Made by a program: the position numbers and the translations under genes
NCBI GenBank assembly: GCA_963693365.1
Contig: CAVNZM010000005.1
Location: 7,634,710 to 7,698,709, forward strand
Source: Amoebidium appalachense
Lineage: Eukaryota > Protista > Ichthyosporea
Reading direction: 5' to 3'
DNA: 64,000 nucleotides
Notes under the pieces: model-generated
Told to the model about the DNA's origin: nothing
The model's input: only the letters and a program-made list of their open reading frames with translations
The model's database searches: none
Shown here: one piece after another, positions 1 through 28,981 of the stretch
Position numbering within the stretch: the first letter of the stretch is position 1
Layout: the number at the start of each line of letters is the position of its first letter

Positions 1-943
1 TTGTCCAATGATACATCTACGTGCATAAGGGTTGCCTATTTGATGGATTTGCCTGAATGGTGCATAAATGTCTCTTGCCCCCCTCCTACCACCACCACCA
101 AAAACCAAAACCAACACCATCTCCTCCACCACACCCACTCTCCACTCCCCACATCGATACAAAAACATGCCACCACCGCCGCCGCCGCCGCCACAACCAC
201 CACACACAAAACACACGCACGTGTACGCACACATGCACACACACAGACACACACACACAAAAAAAAGACACCACCAAAACCATCATCACCACACACACGC
301 ACACGCACACACCAACACAGACACGACCAAAAATTCTTTCTTGCCGTTGTACACCAGCCCCAGTTTATTCGCCAACCAAACTGCCATAAAACAGAAGAGC
401 CACTACACCAAAAACGAGGATGTATACAAAGTTCTGTCACAAACATTGAGCGTGAAATAAAAGAAGAATAAAACTTTGTGTAAGTTAGTATATTTCACGT
501 GTTACCACACCAATCACCACACCCTAAGTGTCATTCCGCACAAGACACATGCACTATAGCAATATCTATTTTCCGCCCCCGCTTGGGCGCGCACACACAC
601 ACACATCCACGCACACACACATCCAGGCACAAAAAACACATGCGAGGCATAAAAAGAATGGAAAAGAAAATGCAGACCCACCATTCTCGTATATATATCC
701 GTTGATGGCGCCTCTTTCCATGCGCACAAGCACCAGTCTGCCCCTTGGATGGTCTACCAGCCGCCAGTAGCCCTGTGGGTGCGGAAAAAATAGACGATTA
801 GAAAAGAGGTGTGTATACATGTATCCATGATAAACACACACACAGATACCGAAACACGTACCCCCGCGCGCGCGCACGCACGTGCACGCAAACACGCACA
901 CACACGCGCACACACCACGCACCCACGCACGCACACACACACG

Positions 944-992
<49 letters not shown>

Positions 993-1682
993 GCACAAAT
1001 GCCACGATGACGATGATTCTAGTGACAGCTGACATCACTTCATGCAAGCACATCCTTACTGCTTGCAGCCCTGTTTGTGTGTGTGAGCTGTGTGCTGTCG
1101 TTGCTCGTTTTGGTTCACACGTAGCTACACAGATGCTTGTGGTAAGGGCAAGGGGGGAAAGCCCCCCCCCCCACCCCCCTCCCCTCCCCCCCGTAACAAC
1201 ATGCAGGTTGACATCTACATATGCAAGAAGATAGCACACAAAGGCAAATAAAAAAAACACCCGGGAAACCGAAACGAAAAGTACGAAAACAACATACCAG
1301 CATGTGGCCACACGGGACAAGCAGGTCGCGGTAGAGCTCATAATAGTGTTGAAAGGCCCACCCATCCTTGCTCTTTACCTGCAAAAATGCTGTGAGCACC
1401 ATTTTCAACCGCTCCAATTCGAGCATAGATTACGAGCTTTTACGGTTGGAAAAAAGAAAAACGTCGAAGCGTGTAAAAACAAAAAAGGTTGACAGGTGAA
1501 CATTTTCAGAACTATCTGAGCAGTTAACGGCGTGACGGGTGCTTCTGCACGGAAGCCACCCCCCCACTTGCACCATTCAATCTTTTCCAAGGTGCTCTCT
1601 GATCCGATTTCAGATTCCACAGAGAAGGCCACCCCTCCTCCACCCCGCCCTCCCTTCCCCCCCCCCCCCCCCCCCCCCCCCC

Positions 1683-1745
<63 letters not shown>

Positions 1746-2054
1746 AACACAAAAAAACACAAAAAAAAGAAAAATCAAGGTGCGTCGTAGTTTTGCTTTA
1801 TACACACGCTAAGGATTGATTAAAGTTTCTTAACCCACTGCCACCTCATGTTTTACCTTGTACTCCTCTTTACACCTGGCCTTCCACACGGCATCTGCCT
1901 TGGCGAGAGTGCGAAAGCGACGCGACACCTGGGCGGTTTGGCCGAGCGCACGTACTGGCAGCTTGGAAAAAATTTCGAGCCAGAGCTCGTCTGGGAGTAA
2001 GTCTGCGTACGGCTGGGGCCCTGTGGGTGTGGAGACAGATGGTGGCTCTGACAT
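1..2054 (-). CDS. FBXO31: FBXO31-like F-box protein, 3' part beyond the window edge
   Basis: Exons (minus) 2054-1857, 1378-1298, 772-682, 380-323 (tentative) and 52-<1, all GT-AG and phase-consistent. F-box motif [47 protein letters not shown], followed by [40 protein letters not shown]. This parallels the FBXO31 segment after the F-box as recalled ([37 protein letters not shown]). Orthology is from recalled similarity, not a search. Confidence 0.8.
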
Positions 2055-2901
2055 TGTGGAGATGGGAAGGGAGAGGTGGGGGCAGAATCAAAATTAAGGT
2101 TTCGCAACCAACTTTATGAAGTAGCGTGAACTGATTGATGGCTATGCAGAGAATACGGTTGATGATGGGTGCTTAAGGGCTTCTAAGCATTCATATTGTG
2201 AGTACATTCACGCAAACTACTTTGCTCTCCGAGGCTCTGCGTACAGCCCAAAACCAGACTCTGAGGAGTTGGGCAGGAGACAGGAAAAGAGGTCACCCGC
2301 CCGGCGTTCATGTTTTTGTCCTGAGGAAAGCAGCCTGAAGGTGACTAACTCCCACAAAATCACCTTCCAGATATGGTAGTCATACTTGCTATTTTTGGTT
2401 ATTTCTTATCGCTCAGCCATCAGGGTGGCTCACTCTGACTCGAGCCCAAACATGCCCTAACCACGGCCATCTAGTGTCTAGAAACACCGTCCTAACCCAC
2501 GCAGCGAACATGCACATGCACAGGCCACAGGTGTAGATGTTTTATCATGAAATCTATCTTACAGGGTTTCTGATAAGGAGTTTATTGTTAGGTTGTTCTT
2601 GTTCAGATCTTTTAGGTGTCGTGCGTCACTGGGCGAGGGGGATTCTGAGTTGTGGATAGTGGTCAGTCCGATCTGTCTTTTTTCAATCCATTGGAAGCAG
2701 GAAAAAATTGTTGAAAGATTTATGAACTTTTTTTTAACTAATTTCTACTACATTAACACCCCTTCGCTCCCTGGATAGATCACCTGCTATGAGCTGGTGT
2801 TGTTTGTGCTATGATCGCACTTTCACAAGCAGACACCATGCCCACCCAAGTGTGTGATCCTATTTTGTGATCATGGATGAGGAAAAATTCTAACAAGAAA
2901 A
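2055..2901. promoter_or_regulatory. Putative bidirectional promoter / 5' UTR region between head-to-head genes
   Basis: ~850 bp of microsatellite-free sequence between the FBXO31-like ATG (2054, minus) and the coiled-coil gene ATG (2902, plus, context aaaATGG as in ADI1). Confidence 0.55.
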
Positions 2902-18780
<15,879 letters not shown>

Positions 18781-18786
<6 letters not shown>

Positions 18787-19050
18787 TATTCCATGAATTT
18801 CCGTCAGACCCTCCCTCCCTTTCCAAATGTTTCAAGTTCTATAAGTATCCCTTGCGCTCCCCTCTTTTCTCGTGTGTGAAATTTTAGAAATATCCGTCAG
18901 ACCCCCCTTTTCTATGTGTGATATTCCATAAATATCCGTCAGGGCCCCCCCCCCCCCCCTCTTCACATGTGTGAAATTTCTTAAATATCCGCCAGCCCCC
19001 CCCCTCTCCCCCCCCCCCCCCCCGCCCTTTTCCCATGTGTGAAATTATAT
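18781..19050 (+). repeat. Degenerate ~45-90-bp tandem repeat (4-5 copies) beginning at the stop codon / 3' UTR of the coiled-coil gene
   Basis: Recurring TGTGAWATT...AAATATCCGTCAGACCCCC core at ~18781, ~18873, ~18915, ~18967 and ~19036. Confidence 0.75.
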
Positions 19051-19142
19051 ACGTTTCCCGTATACCATAACTTGGGTTCCCTTTTCTTGCATGTGGCCCA
19101 GTCCCCAACCCCTTATCATGCCCCCTCCCCCCTCCCCCCCCC

Positions 19143-19194
<52 letters not shown>

Positions 19195-20499
19195 ACACAT
19201 ACACACACAAACACACACACAAAGAAAAAAACACATCCGCGCGCGCACACAGATGGCGCCGATAGACACACATCACACACGCACACGTACACGCGCAAGC
19301 GCACGCGCATAAGCACATGCACACGCACACACACACATATGCACACGCACACACGAACCACACACATACACACCCACACACACAGACACACTGGACGTGC
19401 ACACATAGTCCCCCAAACATACACAACCAACACATCTTGTATTTCAGTTTGCCCACAAGGAAGAGGGTACTTTGGCTGTGTTGTGTTGCGAAGACTATTA
19501 CTATTCCTTTTGTATGACCGTTGGAGTATTATGTGGTTTTCACTTTTTCAGTATGCTGAATGGCCGGCCCATCCGGCACTTTTTTTTTTTTTTTCCACTT
19601 CTTTTTGTCTCTTTGTCTTTGTTTGTTGGAAATTGTGTTCGAGTGCATTATTTGCTGGTGGTGGTGGTGGGGGGGGGGGGGGTCAATACAACAAGGTGAT
19701 TGCTTGTTTTTGCCGTGTGGCTGAAATCAAGTCACGCAGGGTTTTAATCAGTGTTTATAACAAAATTTGGCGTCTCTTCAGGGCTATGTGTAATCAGTCA
19801 CGCAATTTAAAGATCGTTGCCTGTGGCGTTTGCTGACGTAAGCGTTCTTTAATTTCTAAACAATAGTCTATATGTATGCACATAATTGTAAGCATTGGTG
19901 TATGAACAGTGTATATAGAACTGTGTGTGTGTGCACGTATCATGTCAGTTGTTACTAAAACCCCCAAAAAATGAAATAAAAATAATAAGCAACAATTTTG
20001 GATGTTACAGCAGCTTAACGAGCCTCAGGTCTATGAGCATTCTCTCTTGACAGGTATACCAATAAATCGATGACCGGAAACCAACACAATAATGCATGTT
20101 GGATCTGATGCCTAAATATCCGATGGAGACAAATACATAAAGCTATATAATGTCCCCATTTGGTGATTAGCTTAAGACAGGTTAATGACAACATATTCAC
20201 AAGTGATCCCATGTCTGAGTTTTTGGAATTGCCGGGTTTTCTAACGAATATGTATTCTAAAAAGGTGCCACCGGCCTCACGTTCAATGTATATCTTGCAT
20301 AGGCGCATGGTTTCCAAGTACTGATAGAATGACGACCAGCTCGACGGAGTCGATTGCCACGCAGTCAATGCCCCCCCCCCCCCCCCCCCCCCCCCCCTCC
20401 CTCCCTCCCTCCCGACGGTTTTCCGCCAGCTAGTTTCGCAACACGGTCATGCCCGAAGTTTTAAGGTATTGCTTGTGTATACGTACGTGGCTTTAGGCA

Positions 20500-20543
<44 letters not shown>

Positions 20544-20611
20544 CCCCTTGAATCATCAACACAGACACACACAAACCACAAGCACCAGCACCAGCACCAC
20601 ACACACACACA

Positions 20612-20652
<41 letters not shown>

Positions 20653-21135
20653 ACACAAACCTTCGTGTGTTTGCACTTTGTATTCACAGCACTTAAGCAT
20701 GAACATAATTCCTTGCACGTCTATACAATCTTAACAATTCATGTGTCTTGTATCCTAGCTAGCACCAGGCTAGAAAGAAAAAAGAAACATACAACAGAAC
20801 CTCTACTAAAGGTACATGTACGAGTACATACACACAGAAGTGCAAACTTCAACTCATCAACAAACGAAATCTCGAATGTCTTTTTACACATTAAAGGAGA
20901 AGCGTGAAATTATCAAATGTTTTGTTAACTTACTGTGTGAAAAAGAGAGATTGTCAGTTTATGCGTTCTCCGCCGCTAAAACTAACGTTAACAACAACAA
21001 CAACAACAAAAAACTTTGAAAAGTCACCCCACAAAAAATGTGCACGTCATGCCGTGTGGTCATAAAAAGGAGCACCCAGGGGCAGGTGATGCACGGACCT
21101 GTTTGGCGCGTGGACTTTTTGACGTGTGCTTGCCG

Positions 21136-21185
<50 letters not shown>

Positions 21186-21599
21186 AGGTGCCACGCCCAT
21201 GTGAATACCCCCCCCCCCCCCCCCCCCCGTCCTCCTCTCCAAAACACACACACACACACACACACACATTGAAGCCAAAAGAGCCGTAACACATCTACTT
21301 AAAACACTTGCGGGCCACTCTAGTAAGGTCCCTTCGGGACGTATGCATGGTGCGGGGATCGGGCGTAAAAGACGGAGGAGTGTGGGGGGGGGGGGGGGGG
21401 GAGGGGGGTTGCTTACATAAAAATTAATCATATCGGAATAAACGGATCGATATCGAACATGTGACAACCTCAAGAGAGAAACGAAAAACCATGACCAATT
21501 TCCGGATGTTTTGGCTGTGGGTTAACGGTTGAAGAGAAAAAGAAGGGATAAATTAGGCATAGCGGGTAGAATCTTGTGTATTTGGCATGCATCACTATA

Positions 21600-21639
<40 letters not shown>

Positions 21640-21813
21640 GCGCCCCCCGAAACGCCCCACCCGAGCCCCCATCCAAACCCAAAAACAGAGTGAGAGGGAG
21701 AAAGGCAGAGGGAGAGCGAAAACGGAAGAAAAATAAAGAAGAAGAACAACAACAAAAACAAAAATCAAACACCACCCCTTAGAACATTAATACTTGCATA
21801 TCCAATATCCACA

Positions 21814-22543
21814 CTATCTCCGTTTCCTTGCGCCTTTCTGCTTGGCTCCTGCCCCCTTCCTCCCTGCCCCAGCCTGTGATGGGGGTGACGTGGCTGCCCG
21901 GCCGCTCGGGTTTCCTGCAACGGTAGAACCGTGCTGGCCGTCTGAAAACACGGGAATATGTGTCAATATTTGTGAAGATGCATGGATATTCTTGAATACG
22001 TGTTGACATTCTTGAATATATGTGCCAATATTCTTGAATACGTGTTGATATATACATGTGTGCTCGTTCAGGAACCTGCATTATAATCAGTGATGATTTA
22101 ACATGTGTAGATTTGCAAACATATTCATGACCATGCATGGGTTTTATGTGAGTGCGTGTGAATATACTATATTTTCTAAATCTGCACGGATACTCATGAA
22201 TATCCGTGGATGATACCTGCCTGCGTTCTCGTTCAGGAATATCATGCGGGTATTTGCAATATTCCGGGATATACACATAATCCATGAATGTGTGGATGTG
22301 AATGAATAATCACGGATATGCGTACAGTACATGTGCGCGAGTGTGTGTGCGGAGTGGGTGCGCCCCCGAGGGGTTTGAAGGTACGGTAAACCCACACCTG
22401 ATGCAATCCAGTCACTTTTGAGCATCTCAACCTACACAATCCCTTGGCCACCATTCCAACCCCCCCCCCTCCCCCCCCTCCTTTTCCCACATACATAACC
22501 CTCTACATCCTACCTTCTATCACACCCATTTTCCCTCATGCCC

Positions 22544-22585
<42 letters not shown>

Positions 22586-23939
22586 CCATCGCCCCAACCC
22601 CTCCCATCTCTCACCGCCGTAAACGACATGCACACGCACACGCACACACAAAATCCTGCCTCTCCCCGTGAAGCTCCCTCATCGTGACCATCAACAACAC
22701 CCCCTTCCCCCCTCCCCCCTCCCTCCCTCCCGTCCCCCTCCCCCCCCTTCCCCGGCTCCTCCACCATATCCTTTTCTGCCTGCACCCACTATCCATGCCA
22801 TAACGAATGCACTGGCAAGCTTAAGTACCCAGATGTGACTTTTACGCAAAAACACACCCACCTGTTGCCATATTCGGAAGGTTCGGTGCAAACGGGTCTG
22901 GAGGCGGGTAAAACGACGAGAAAAATGGCGGCAGGGGCAACCCCGTCGACCCAGTCAGACTCCCGCTCTCGGTTTCCTGCAAACGGGGCACGGGTAGTGA
23001 CTGAGACGTACCCGCCGAGTCGGGTCGGGCAGGGTTTGGCCCGGAATCCATCGACCCGTCGGGTTGCGCGTGGGGAGGCCCGTAACTGGAATTACCCGAT
23101 ATGGGAGGTGGTGGGATATGTGTGGGCAATCCCCCGTAATAGGCTGCAAAAGCCATCGCTGCAGCTGCCGCCGCTGGATCGTTCATGTTAAGATTTAACG
23201 GGAACGGTTGATTGGTTGGTTGGGTGGTTAGTTGGCTGGCTGGCGGGGATGAGCCGGTGGTGGTGTGTTGGGGAACTGGGGTTGGGTGGGGCTGTGATGT
23301 GGGTATTGGTGCGGGCGGCGATGTGTTCGTGAAGGGGGTCGACGGAGGGTGGGTCGGGTTTTGTTGGCCCGAACCGTAACTTGCATGCCTCCTAAAAGGA
23401 ACAGGGGCGTAGGACAGTGGGGATGTGTGCTGTGGGCGTGGTGCCGGGGGGGAGGAGTTGAACCCTGGAGACGAGTGGGGTGGGTATGTGGATTGGTTTT
23501 GACCTGGGAGGGGAACAAACGGGTAGGATGACGGGGTTTGTAGCGATGAAGGTGGAGGTGGGGGATGTTGGTTGAAGGGGGGGTTGCTTGGTGTTGTTGT
23601 GGTGGTTGTGCGTTGTTGTGGTTGGATGAAAGGGAAACCGGTTGGGGGATTCGGCGCATTTGATTGGAAAGAAGGAGTGCCGGAAGGGGTCGCGCTCATG
23701 GTTGGAGGAGCCGAAAAACTGCCTCCTGATCGGTTCTGGTCGGTCACCGCTTGATTTGATTGGTTAGTGAGATCTCGTTCCGACGTGCGATTGCGATCCG
23801 ATTGCCCCTGATCGGATTTGTCGCTGATCATCTGATTGGTCGCCATGTGGAATTGCATGGCGGCCATTGCTGTAGGGTTCGAAAAGGAATGGAACATGAC
23901 TAGCTGCTTGAGGTAGCGTGCCTCCGTCTCCAGTAGCAT

Positions 23940-23975
<36 letters not shown>

Positions 23976-24065
23976 GGGGGGGGCGGGAGGGGGGGGGCGA
24001 GGGGAGGGGAGTGGGGGGGGCGGAGTGGGGGGGGAGGGGAGGGAGATGTGTGTGTGTGTGTGTGT

Positions 24066-24098
<33 letters not shown>

Positions 24099-24759
24099 TG
24101 CGTGTGTGTGTGCATGCATGTGCGTGTGTGTGTGTGGGGGGGGGTGTACCTGGCCAGGTGTGTGCGTGTCTTGTATTTTGCGGAGTGAAGGGTGTGGGTG
24201 GATAGATGTGTTGGTGGGTGGGCAGGGGCAAGCCAGATCACGTGTTAGCGCAACAATGGAATGTGCTGCAAGGCATGTGCACATAATTGCAGATAGCAAG
24301 ATGGGAAGAAGTTGGCGAAGACAAAGGAGCATTCGAATCTTTCCTTTTGGATATGCATCACTACATTTGCGCGGATGTTTTCTCTGCGCCAAAGTTTATA
24401 TTCACGCTGTGCTAGTCATGTGCTGACTGCTAGCCTCCAGTGCGTTTCAATCTTTTACAACAACATTTCATTAAGTACTCTACATGCTAGGCTAAAAGAA
24501 GATGTCTATTAGAGCTTTTCAGTGTCATATATAACTGGTGTCCTCCCAGGCTGTACATACGGCTACGCAGGAAGGAAAATGATGGATTATGGGCCGCAAA
24601 GGGGGGGGGGGGGGGGGGGGTACACATGAAATGGATGCACCGGGTCACGGTGGGTGGGAATTAAGGGCCCCAGAGATATGGAAGTGAAACCGCGGGGGGG
24701 GGGGGGGGGGGGGGGGGGGGGACACAGTCAGATCGTGCAGGCACACGATAGGAAACATG

Positions 24760-24817
<58 letters not shown>

Positions 24818-24867
24818 CGTGTGTGTGTGTGTGTGTGCACTTGCGCGCGTGCGCATGTGTTGATGTT

Positions 24868-24898
<31 letters not shown>

Positions 24899-25546
24899 GG
24901 GGGGAGGGGGGGAGGGGGGATGGGGTTCAAGTTACCTGGTTGCCCAACTCCTTAGCGAGCTTCGTCTTATCTCTGGCCATCCTCTCTAGCATTTCATACT
25001 CCTTCTTCCTCTTCTCCCTCAGCTTGAGACTGGCCACACTGTTCCTCAACCTCCGATTTATCTTCTTTTCTTCCTCGGACATTTCCCTCGTGTCCGACTC
25101 GGATTTTCTCCCCTGCGACCCACCGGCGGTGGAACCGGATCGCTCCCTGTACAGCCTCAGTTGTGTCCCCTCTGTCCTGTCACGTTCCCTCGTTCTCTTC
25201 TTCTCCCCAGATTCGAGGGAGTCCTCCGGTTCTGTCATGTGCATTCGGTCCGTGTCCGTGTCCCCCTCCGAATCCTCCGGGATATTAAAAGACACTGCCC
25301 GTCGCGTCGCCAAATCTAGATCTCCATCTAGATCTCCATCTAGATCTAGATCTCGGTGGCTGCTCATTGGATCGCGCGAGGCAACGTCGTATCCGGCTGG
25401 GTGAAACGGATTAGGGGGTGTTTCTGCCGGGTCGGGTTGGTGGGTCGGGCTGAGAAAGTCGAGATCCATGTTTGCAAAGTTTGGGGTGCTGTGGCAGCGC
25501 CGGTTGCTGCGGATTTTTTGTGGTTGTTAGTATGTGTATGTATGAA

Positions 25547-25580
<34 letters not shown>

Positions 25581-25716
25581 GCTTTCAAATTGATAGATAG
25601 GGTGCTGAAAAACGGGATTACTTGGATGCCACGGTTTATGATGTGTTTCTTTTATTTTTATTTTTTTCGGTGGACTTTATTAATTTTTTATTTTATTTTA
25701 TTTTATTTTTTTATTT

Positions 25717-25758
<42 letters not shown>

Positions 25759-26099
25759 GGCCAGAAAGATAACTCTCAGAAAACCGGGCATTGCTCTGAA
25801 AAAGCAATCCGACAAATGCTACTAGTGACAGCAGAGCAATGGGAGGGAGGCGGAAAAAAAGAAAGAGGAGGGCGCGCGGGGAGGTGGGGGGGAAGAAGAA
25901 AAAAAACTTTAAAAAAAAAAAAACGAGGAAACTTATAAACTGTGTGAAGAACGATCATTGCAGCAGCTTCCAAGAAAACACAACCCGTTGTATTCACCCA
26001 ATTATTGCTGCAGCGGAGTCAAAGTGTTGAAAGTGTGATCAACAAGTTACTACAGATATGATATATGTGTGTGGGGGGGAGGGAGGGAGAGAGGAGGGG

Positions 26100-26135
<36 letters not shown>

Positions 26136-26634
26136 AATACCTTCGAAGGGAGTCTCTCCTGGGTGCGTCCCATTGGTTCTCGCTGGACGGGGTGTTTGGA
26201 GACGGCATCTCGGAGGCATGATTTGCACCCAATGCCGTGTCAGCGTCCATCGAAAATGGATGGTACGAATACCTAAACGGGTTGTTCGGTTGGTTGTTTG
26301 GGTCGGCGGGCACGGGCGGGAGCGACCACCACCACCCACTTGCCGGGCCGGTTCCGGCCGGGCTCCCCTGCTGACCCGACCCGGAACTCTCTCTTGGCCC
26401 GATAGAACCCGAGTCCGTTTGGTGCATCGAGAGTAAGGAGCCAGGGGATGTCGTTTCCCGTGCCTTTGGTGTGTCCATTTCCGAATAGTCTGTGTAAGTG
26501 GGACTGGGGATAAGGTGTGTTTGGGCCGCTGCCGAAACCGAAAAGGAAGCTGGGGTTAACCTGGGTGAGACAACGTGCGTGGAGCTTTTTTGGTGCCTCG
26601 TGGGAGACGCGGCATGGTGGTAGCTCATGTGCAT
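21814..26634 (-). CDS. bZIP transcription factor, ATF4/5- or fungal CYS-3/MetR/Zip1-like (~757 aa; start codon uncertain, alternative ATG at 26835)
   Basis: Exons (minus) 26634-26141, 25506-24936, 23942-22862 and 21941-21814 (TAG), all GT-AG and phase-consistent, with a TACTAAC branch site before exon 2. Basic region and zipper span exons 2/3: [47 protein letters not shown]|[15 protein letters not shown] (N-x7-R, with the LxxExxYLKxL end typical of ATF4/CYS-3). P/S/Q-rich tail and a basic C-terminus (KQKGARKRR). Confidence 0.85.
21964..22330. repeat. Degenerate AT-rich minisatellite (ATATTCTTGAATACGTGTTGAC-like units) in the last bZIP intron
   Basis: Core ATTCTTGAATA recurs at ~21988, ~22007 and ~22030, with weaker copies downstream. 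Confidence 0.6.
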
Positions 26635-26710
26635 CTCTGGCTGGATTGATGTTTTGGCACCGTACCTGGACGATGGTCGGGTTTGGTTGCCGTGCCGGTT
26701 GGGTAAACAG

Positions 26711-26996
26711 CTAGAACTTAGCCCCAATGGTTGGAACCCGGGGTGCCGGGTATTGCCTGAGGGGTGTTTTTTCGATGAGCGGAGGAGGCCGGAGGGGGGG
26801 GGGGGGGGGGGGGAGGGGGTGTCCACTGAGCACATTGGAAACTTTAGTTCTATAATCCGGAGGAGCTGTATCCCCACTCCTCCCCCCCCAGCTGTTTTTC
26901 TTTTTTTTATCCCCGTTTTTGTTAAGCCTATGATTTATCATTTGGACAGCCTGGGTGCATCGAATGAGCAAGTTGCCATCATCATCGGATCATCAT
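26711..26996 (-). promoter_or_regulatory. Cluster of four upstream ORFs before the bZIP CDS
   Basis: Minus strand: 26996-26982 (MMIR*), 26985-26938 (15 aa), 26960-26928 (10 aa) and 26941-26711 (76 aa). Functional only if transcription starts upstream of 26996. Confidence 0.45.
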
Positions 26997-27637
26997 GCTA
27001 GAGGCGCGTGGCCACAATTTTTCAGCAAATGTGTGACCAAGGTGATATTTCTTTGCAAAGTGCCTAAAAAATCAGAGGTAGACCAAATTCAATCTTGTGT
27101 GGATTTCGACTCTAGTTAGCTAGAATAACGGTTTCAAGCCCCCGCTCCCTCATCCCCCCCCCCCCCCCCCGGCCTCCCTACCCTCCCCCCCCCCCCCCCC
27201 GGCCTCCCTACCCTCCCCCCCCCCCCCCCCCCCCCCCGGCGCCTGCCCACAAGGAAAATTGTTATACAGTATATGTGTGGGGGCTTGCCGCGCTAGAACT
27301 ACTATATTACTCAGTTAAATTCCCAAATTCTCTAGCGCTTTCAACCTGAGATTCAGAAAATCCTAAAATGCCGATTCCGGCGGCAACTCACCTCCCGCGT
27401 GGGCCGGGCTTCTGATGTAGGGCCAAGCTGTATTTTGCCCGAGAACCCAGTGTTGGACACTGGGTGGTATGACAACGACGGTGTGGAGGCACGTTTTCCC
27501 AGTTGAATCTGACGCGGTGTGGCCTGCCAGAAATCCGAGCTACCAGCGAAGTTCAGCAACCCTCACTTGAGCGCACCGGCACACCTGGTATAGACCAGTC
27601 ATGTTAGCATAACTAATTTGTTAACTGGAACGGTTTG

Positions 27638-28646
27638 CCTAGTAGCCGCCGGGCCCGGCGGTGTATTTCAAGTACCGTACAGTGTTGTAGTAGCCTATCG
27701 GTGTATTTATACTATTCTAGTAGTCCGCCGGTGTATGTATTTACTACGTCCTAGTAGGCAGACAGGCTACCGGTCCGGTGTAACAGTATGACATTATAAA
27801 AACTATGCTAGCGAGTCTACCGGCGTATTTATACTATCCTAGCAGTCTACCCGGTGTATTAATACCTATAGCTACCCGCCGCTGAGTCCACCGGTGTCCG
27901 ACTGAATAGTACTACGAGTCCTAGACTAAAGTCTACCGGTGTATTAGTAGTACCCTAGCCGCTGAGCCTCTAGGTTACCGGTTTATTTAATATTATCCTA
28001 GTAGTCTACCGGTGTATTAAAACTCAGTAGTACCGTAGCCGCTGAGTCTACCGGTGTATTAATACTATCCTAGTAGCTAGAGTCAACCGGTGTATTAAAA
28101 CTTCAGCCCGTAGCCGCTGAGTATACCGGTGTATTAATACTATCCTAGGGCTACCAGTGTATTTATAATATGTATTCTAGCCGCTGAGAGGCTACCGGTA
28201 TATTCAATATTATCCTAGTAGTCTACCGGTATAGTACTATCCTAGTCTAGTACCTAGCCGGTAGAGTACTATCGTACTAGCCTACCGGTAAAGTTTCAAC
28301 TTGCACTGGTGGCCATTCTAATATCAGGATAGTATTAGTACACAGGTAGAAGCGGCTAGGCCCCACCGGTGTATTAATACTATCCTAGCAGTCTACCGGT
28401 GTATAATAACACTACCATTATCCTATAGCTAATAGTAAACCGGTGTAGTACCTATCATAAATAGTCTGCCGGTGCATTTCAAATAGTCTAGGCTATTCTA
28501 GTTGTCTACCCGGGTGTATTTACACTATCCTAGTGGTCTACCGGCTGTGTTTATACTATTAGTAGTCTACCGGTGTATTAATACTACACTACGGTAGACT
28601 GCCGGGTGTATTTTAAATATTCTACTAGTCCCAGCAGTCTACCGGT
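27638..28646. repeat. Degenerate 30-bp minisatellite, consensus CTACCGGTGTATTAATACTATCCTAGTAGT, ~30 units, one inverted
   Basis: ACCGGT core recurs every ~30-40 bp. An intact unit lies at ~28048-28076 and an inverted unit at ~28326-28360. Units carry many small insertions. Confidence 0.9.
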
Positions 28647-28935
28647 TCAAGGTGTTGGCTATTTTACACTGCGGTTCCTGCTTCACCGCTCAGGTCACCT
28701 CATCAGAAGGCTTCAAGTCACACTCGTCTGTTGGTTAGCTGCATTGAATTTCGTAGTCTATGTCAGACTCTATGATATAGATAGACCGGTGAATGCGGTG
28801 ACGCGCGTGACGGACTGAACTAGTGGCCCGAGCCATGTGCACGTGCCTGTGTGCATGCCGGCATTGAGTGAATTGCCTCTGAGAGGAAGTGTTGCACTAA
28901 ATTAATGCGGCGAAGCTTTTGCTAATCGGTGCCCT

Positions 28936-28981
<46 letters not shown>

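Noticed and set aside
2455-2500. Telomere-like CCTAACC motifs
   Set aside because: Only two isolated copies, not an array. Chance occurrence cannot be excluded.
20015-20368. 117-aa minus-strand ORF
   Set aside because: Non-ATG start, no recognisable domain and no supporting splice structure.
22842-22861. bZIP ending at the ORF-track stop 22842
   Set aside because: A strong CAG|GTGGGT donor at 22862/1 and an in-phase terminal exon 21941-21814 fit better.
27638-28646. CRISPR-like array of ~30-bp partly palindromic repeats
   Set aside because: Units are head-to-tail with no unique spacers, they are degenerate, there are no cas genes, and the context is eukaryotic.
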